A DNA stretch of 64,000 bases, taken from NCBI GenBank assembly GCA_013239625.1, contig MU053881.1, positions 620,001 through 684,000 of the forward strand. Direction: 5' to 3'. The notes under the pieces are model-generated. The model did not search any database. It saw only the letters and a list, made by a program, of their open reading frames with translations, and was not told where the DNA came from. This stretch comes from Lama guanicoe. Taxonomy: Eukaryota. Positions 62,701 to 64,000 of this stretch are shown here, in pieces. Numbering within the stretch: the first letter of the stretch is position 1; every line of letters begins with the position of its first letter. A program made the translations under genes and the position numbers.

Positions 62701-64000
62701 AAGGTTTTGACAAAGGAGATTCTAACTGCTGGGGGGTAGGGTGGTCAGAAACTAGCGTCAAAGAGGAAGATGAGCTGGACCTGAAGGGTAGCAGGGTTCT
62801 GAAAGGTGAATGGGGAGAGGGTCCTGCAGGCAGCCTTTTCATTTATGAAATATTTTCACATCCACATTCATTTCTTTTGAGTCCTATAAGAATCTTAGAG
62901 GATAAGAAGCCAAATACACCCTCAGTTCACAGATGAAAACTGTGAGGACAAGAAGACTTGACTATATGAGACTTGATAACAATAAACAATGAAATGTCCA
63001 GCAGCCCAGGCTAGTGTCAGAGTGAATAAGGAAAATAATTCAACCGGAGCATAGGACCTGTGAGGGACATAGAATTTAGAGGGAGAAAAAGACTAAACGC
63101 CTAGACTAGTTAGGGAAGATACTCCAATAGCCCAGGTGAGAGGTAATGAAGGCATGAATTAAACAACACACAAAACCAATTAAGTTGATAACATGTGTTC
63201 TAAACTTTAAACTACCAAGAAAACAACAACAAAAAAAAACCCCCATCACTTTCAGGGAGGAAAATCTCTAACCAACAAGTTTCCCGGATATCTACCCAAA
63301 ACACACTCGGACATCATCAGAGACTTTAAACAAGCTTATAATTAAAACTGGAATTGTCAAAAATATTGCTCGAATTACAAGTTCACAAATTTCAGGGTTG
63401 CCTTAACAAAGAATACCTTCGTACCACTCAATGAGCAGTACCATGCCTTCACTAAGATTTCCAAAAATTCTAGGATTTTCCATTCAGAACAGTTGGATTT
63501 GGTCAACTGGAGCCCGTCTTACTTCCATATTTACAGCTCTGACTCTGCAAAGTGCAAGGACCCAATGGACGTTTGCGGAATAAATGAGGCCACTATCACA
63601 GGCAATTTTAACGCCAGCCTGTTCTAAAAATAAAGCTCTCAAAATTTCGGAATCGAGTCTGGAAGGAAAACCTTTCACGACGGTCCGCCAGCCTTCCCAG
63701 CCCTTCATGTAAGGTCCTTAGGTCATGTTTTCCCAAAGTAACGCCGCCGAGCCATCCCCCGCAGATGACAAGCGCTGCGTCCCTGACAAGTTAGCCAGAC
63801 CCGAGGAGGACGGCTCAGGGGACCCCGGGCGGCGTCGGGGCAGCGTCTCCGGGGACGGGGCTTCTCCCCGAGCCCTACTCACCGCGACGGGGCGGCCGTG
63901 CGCGGGGCCGTCGGCGGCGTCGAGGCGCGGGGCCGGGGCGGGCGCCGGGGCCGGGGCCGGCGCGGGCGGCTGCCGGTGCTTGCCGGCGCGCTTTGCCTTG
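25722..64000 (-). CDS. MAML1: Mastermind-like protein 1 (Notch coactivator), 5'-partial; complement(join(25722-26701,28568-28664,30858-31097,33180-34592,63883->64000))
   Basis: Five GT-AG exons splice in frame: [12 protein letters not shown]...[18 protein letters not shown]...[29 protein letters not shown]...|EQNP..polyQ..|[18 protein letters not shown]..|..[26 protein letters not shown]. Confidence 0.96.
27586..27724 (+). mobile_element. tRNA-Ala-derived SINE
   Basis: tRNA-like head, A-rich tail, perfect TSD TATAGTGAGAATCACT (27570-27585, 27725-27740). Confidence 0.92.
28141..28283 (+). mobile_element. tRNA-Ala-derived SINE
   Basis: tRNA-like head, A-rich tail, TSD AAGAT(C/A)TCCTCCAT. Confidence 0.9.
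28568..28664 (-). CDS. MAML1: MAML1 exon 4
   Basis: ttctag|GAGAAG...ACAG|gtgagg; [32 protein letters not shown]. Confidence 0.94.
28798..29481 (-). mobile_element. Young 5'-truncated L1 in MAML1 intron 3
   Basis: Minus [35 protein letters not shown] (ORF2 end), poly-T on plus, TSD GGGGATTCTT on both sides. Confidence 0.9.
29597..30236 (+). mobile_element. Old L1 (L1MB/MC-like) 3' part
   Basis: [15 protein letters not shown]...KQPKCP remnant; 3'UTR ending aataaagctgttatttaaaaaa. Confidence 0.8.
30858..31097 (-). CDS. MAML1: MAML1 exon 3 (Gln-rich)
   Basis: gacag|GAGCAG...GAACAG|gtaaaa; [28 protein letters not shown]. Confidence 0.95.
32027..32166 (-). mobile_element. tRNA-Ala-derived SINE
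   Basis: Reverse complement of the SINE head (gaacccaggaccttgtgcacgctaggcacgcgctc), preceded by poly-T. Confidence 0.85.
33180..34592 (-). CDS. MAML1: MAML1 exon 2 (1413 nt)
   Basis: tctcag|CATCTC...GCCCAG|gtgagc; core of ORF 32976..34631. Confidence 0.96.
34760..35103. mobile_element. MaLR LTR remnant (MLT1-like)
   Basis: End tggactttccacttatgggaacccataaactcttccttgtgtttaaacc...taca is typical of MLT1. Confidence 0.5.
36385..36400 (-). promoter_or_regulatory. Candidate CTCF motif in MAML1 intron 1
   Basis: Minus strand CCCCTAGGTGGCGTCA. Confidence 0.4.
38677..38722. repeat. Tandem duplication, 24-bp unit x2
   Basis: CCTCCTCTACTCCCTGCATCCC(TT) occurs twice in direct succession. Confidence 0.85.
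41277..41519 (-). mobile_element. L1 3' end nested in an older L1 relic
   Basis: TSD CCCAAACCTGGATAATTT (41259-41276, 41520-41537). Confidence 0.88.
41700..42556 (+). mobile_element. Old L1 (L1MB-like) 3' part with an internal non-L1 insert
   Basis: ORF2 C-terminal remnant [39 protein letters not shown] plus 3'UTR. Confidence 0.85.
43530..43660 (+). mobile_element. tRNA-Ala-derived SINE
   Basis: Head GGTATAGCTCAAGCGGTAGAGC...GGTTCAACCCC; TSD AAAAAAAATCA. Confidence 0.88.
44706..44940 (+). mobile_element. Old L1 3'UTR fragment
   Basis: agagacaaagtagattagtggttgcttaggg...ttcaataaa, similar to 30018-30236. Confidence 0.75.
47381..47810. mobile_element. hAT-Charlie MITE relics (MER5A-like, then MER3-like)
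   Basis: agcatcagcaccacctgggaacctattagaaatgcaaattctcagg, and ggtggctacagtgctggacagcacagccctaga. Confidence 0.65.
50480..50974. mobile_element. ERVL LTR (MLT2-like)
   Basis: tcaaacattattctgggtgtgtctgtgaaggtg...gttctatttctctagagaaccctgactaa. Confidence 0.8.
52500..52587 (-). mobile_element. Internally deleted tRNA-derived SINE
   Basis: poly-T followed by gggattgaacccag/ctaagcatgcattctaccaatgagcta. Confidence 0.7.
53029..53184 (+). mobile_element. tRNA-Ala-derived SINE
   Basis: tRNA-like head, A tail, TSD AATAACAGCAACT (53016-53028, 53185-53197). Confidence 0.9.
53295..53768. mobile_element. TcMar-Tigger MITE (MER44-like)
   Basis: TA-CAGCAGTCCGCCCTT start, end GATAAGGGGGGACC (degenerate terminal inverted repeats); interior matches recalled MER44. 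Confidence 0.7.
54950..55430 (-). mobile_element. Old L1 (L1MA/MB-like) 3' fragment
   Basis: ggcttatttcacttagcataatgtcctcaaggttcatccatg motif. Confidence 0.8.
56118..57036 (+). mobile_element. Young 5'-truncated L1 (ORF2 C-terminus and 3'UTR)
   Basis: [23 protein letters not shown] / [23 protein letters not shown]...[11 protein letters not shown] in two frames; TSD TAAAGAC(G/A)TCATTCTA (56102-56117, 57037-57052). Confidence 0.93.
57722..57883 (-). mobile_element. L1 3' end fragment
   Basis: cagtttacagtgttgtgtcaatttctggtgtacagc...caagatattgaatatagtt. Confidence 0.75.
63650..64000. promoter_or_regulatory. Edge of the MAML1 5' CpG island
   Basis: Sharp rise in GC and CpG content surrounding exon 1. 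Confidence 0.85.
63883..64000 (-). CDS. MAML1: MAML1 exon 1, 3' part
   Basis: [39 protein letters not shown]|gtgagt, inside a CpG island. Confidence 0.92.

Noticed and set aside
1..64000. CRISPR arrays, prokaryotic operons, rRNA or foreign inserts
   Set aside because: None seen; the window is consistent throughout with mammalian genes plus interspersed repeats, and the remaining short ORFs lack coding hallmarks

Overview
Mammalian genomic DNA, probably camelid (inferred from tRNA-Ala-derived SINEs and artiodactyl-type L1 3' ends). It covers the conserved MGAT4B-LTC4S-MAML1 block. MGAT4B (+) has coding exons 2-15 at 1007-5042, with exon 1 upstream of the window. LTC4S (-) is complete, with 5 exons at 9250-6608 encoding 150 aa. 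MAML1 (-) runs from the 3' part of exon 1 at the window end (64000) to its stop at 25722, with a 3'UTR to about 23.2 kb. The rest is intron or intergenic DNA rich in L1, SINE, LTR and DNA-transposon relics. I found no convincing novel multi-gene system. The best leads are small: a candidate mirtron in MGAT4B intron 13 with a seed differing from human miR-1229, a GC-AG intron containing a strong CTCF motif, a solo LTR just upstream of the LTC4S promoter, an apparent captured mRNA 3' end inside an old L1, a compact PUM/PAS/miR-30 hairpin in the MAML1 3'UTR, and a pure (PA)n version of the MAML1 proline repeat. Exons were placed by hand translation. Human comparisons and repeat family names are from memory, not database searches.
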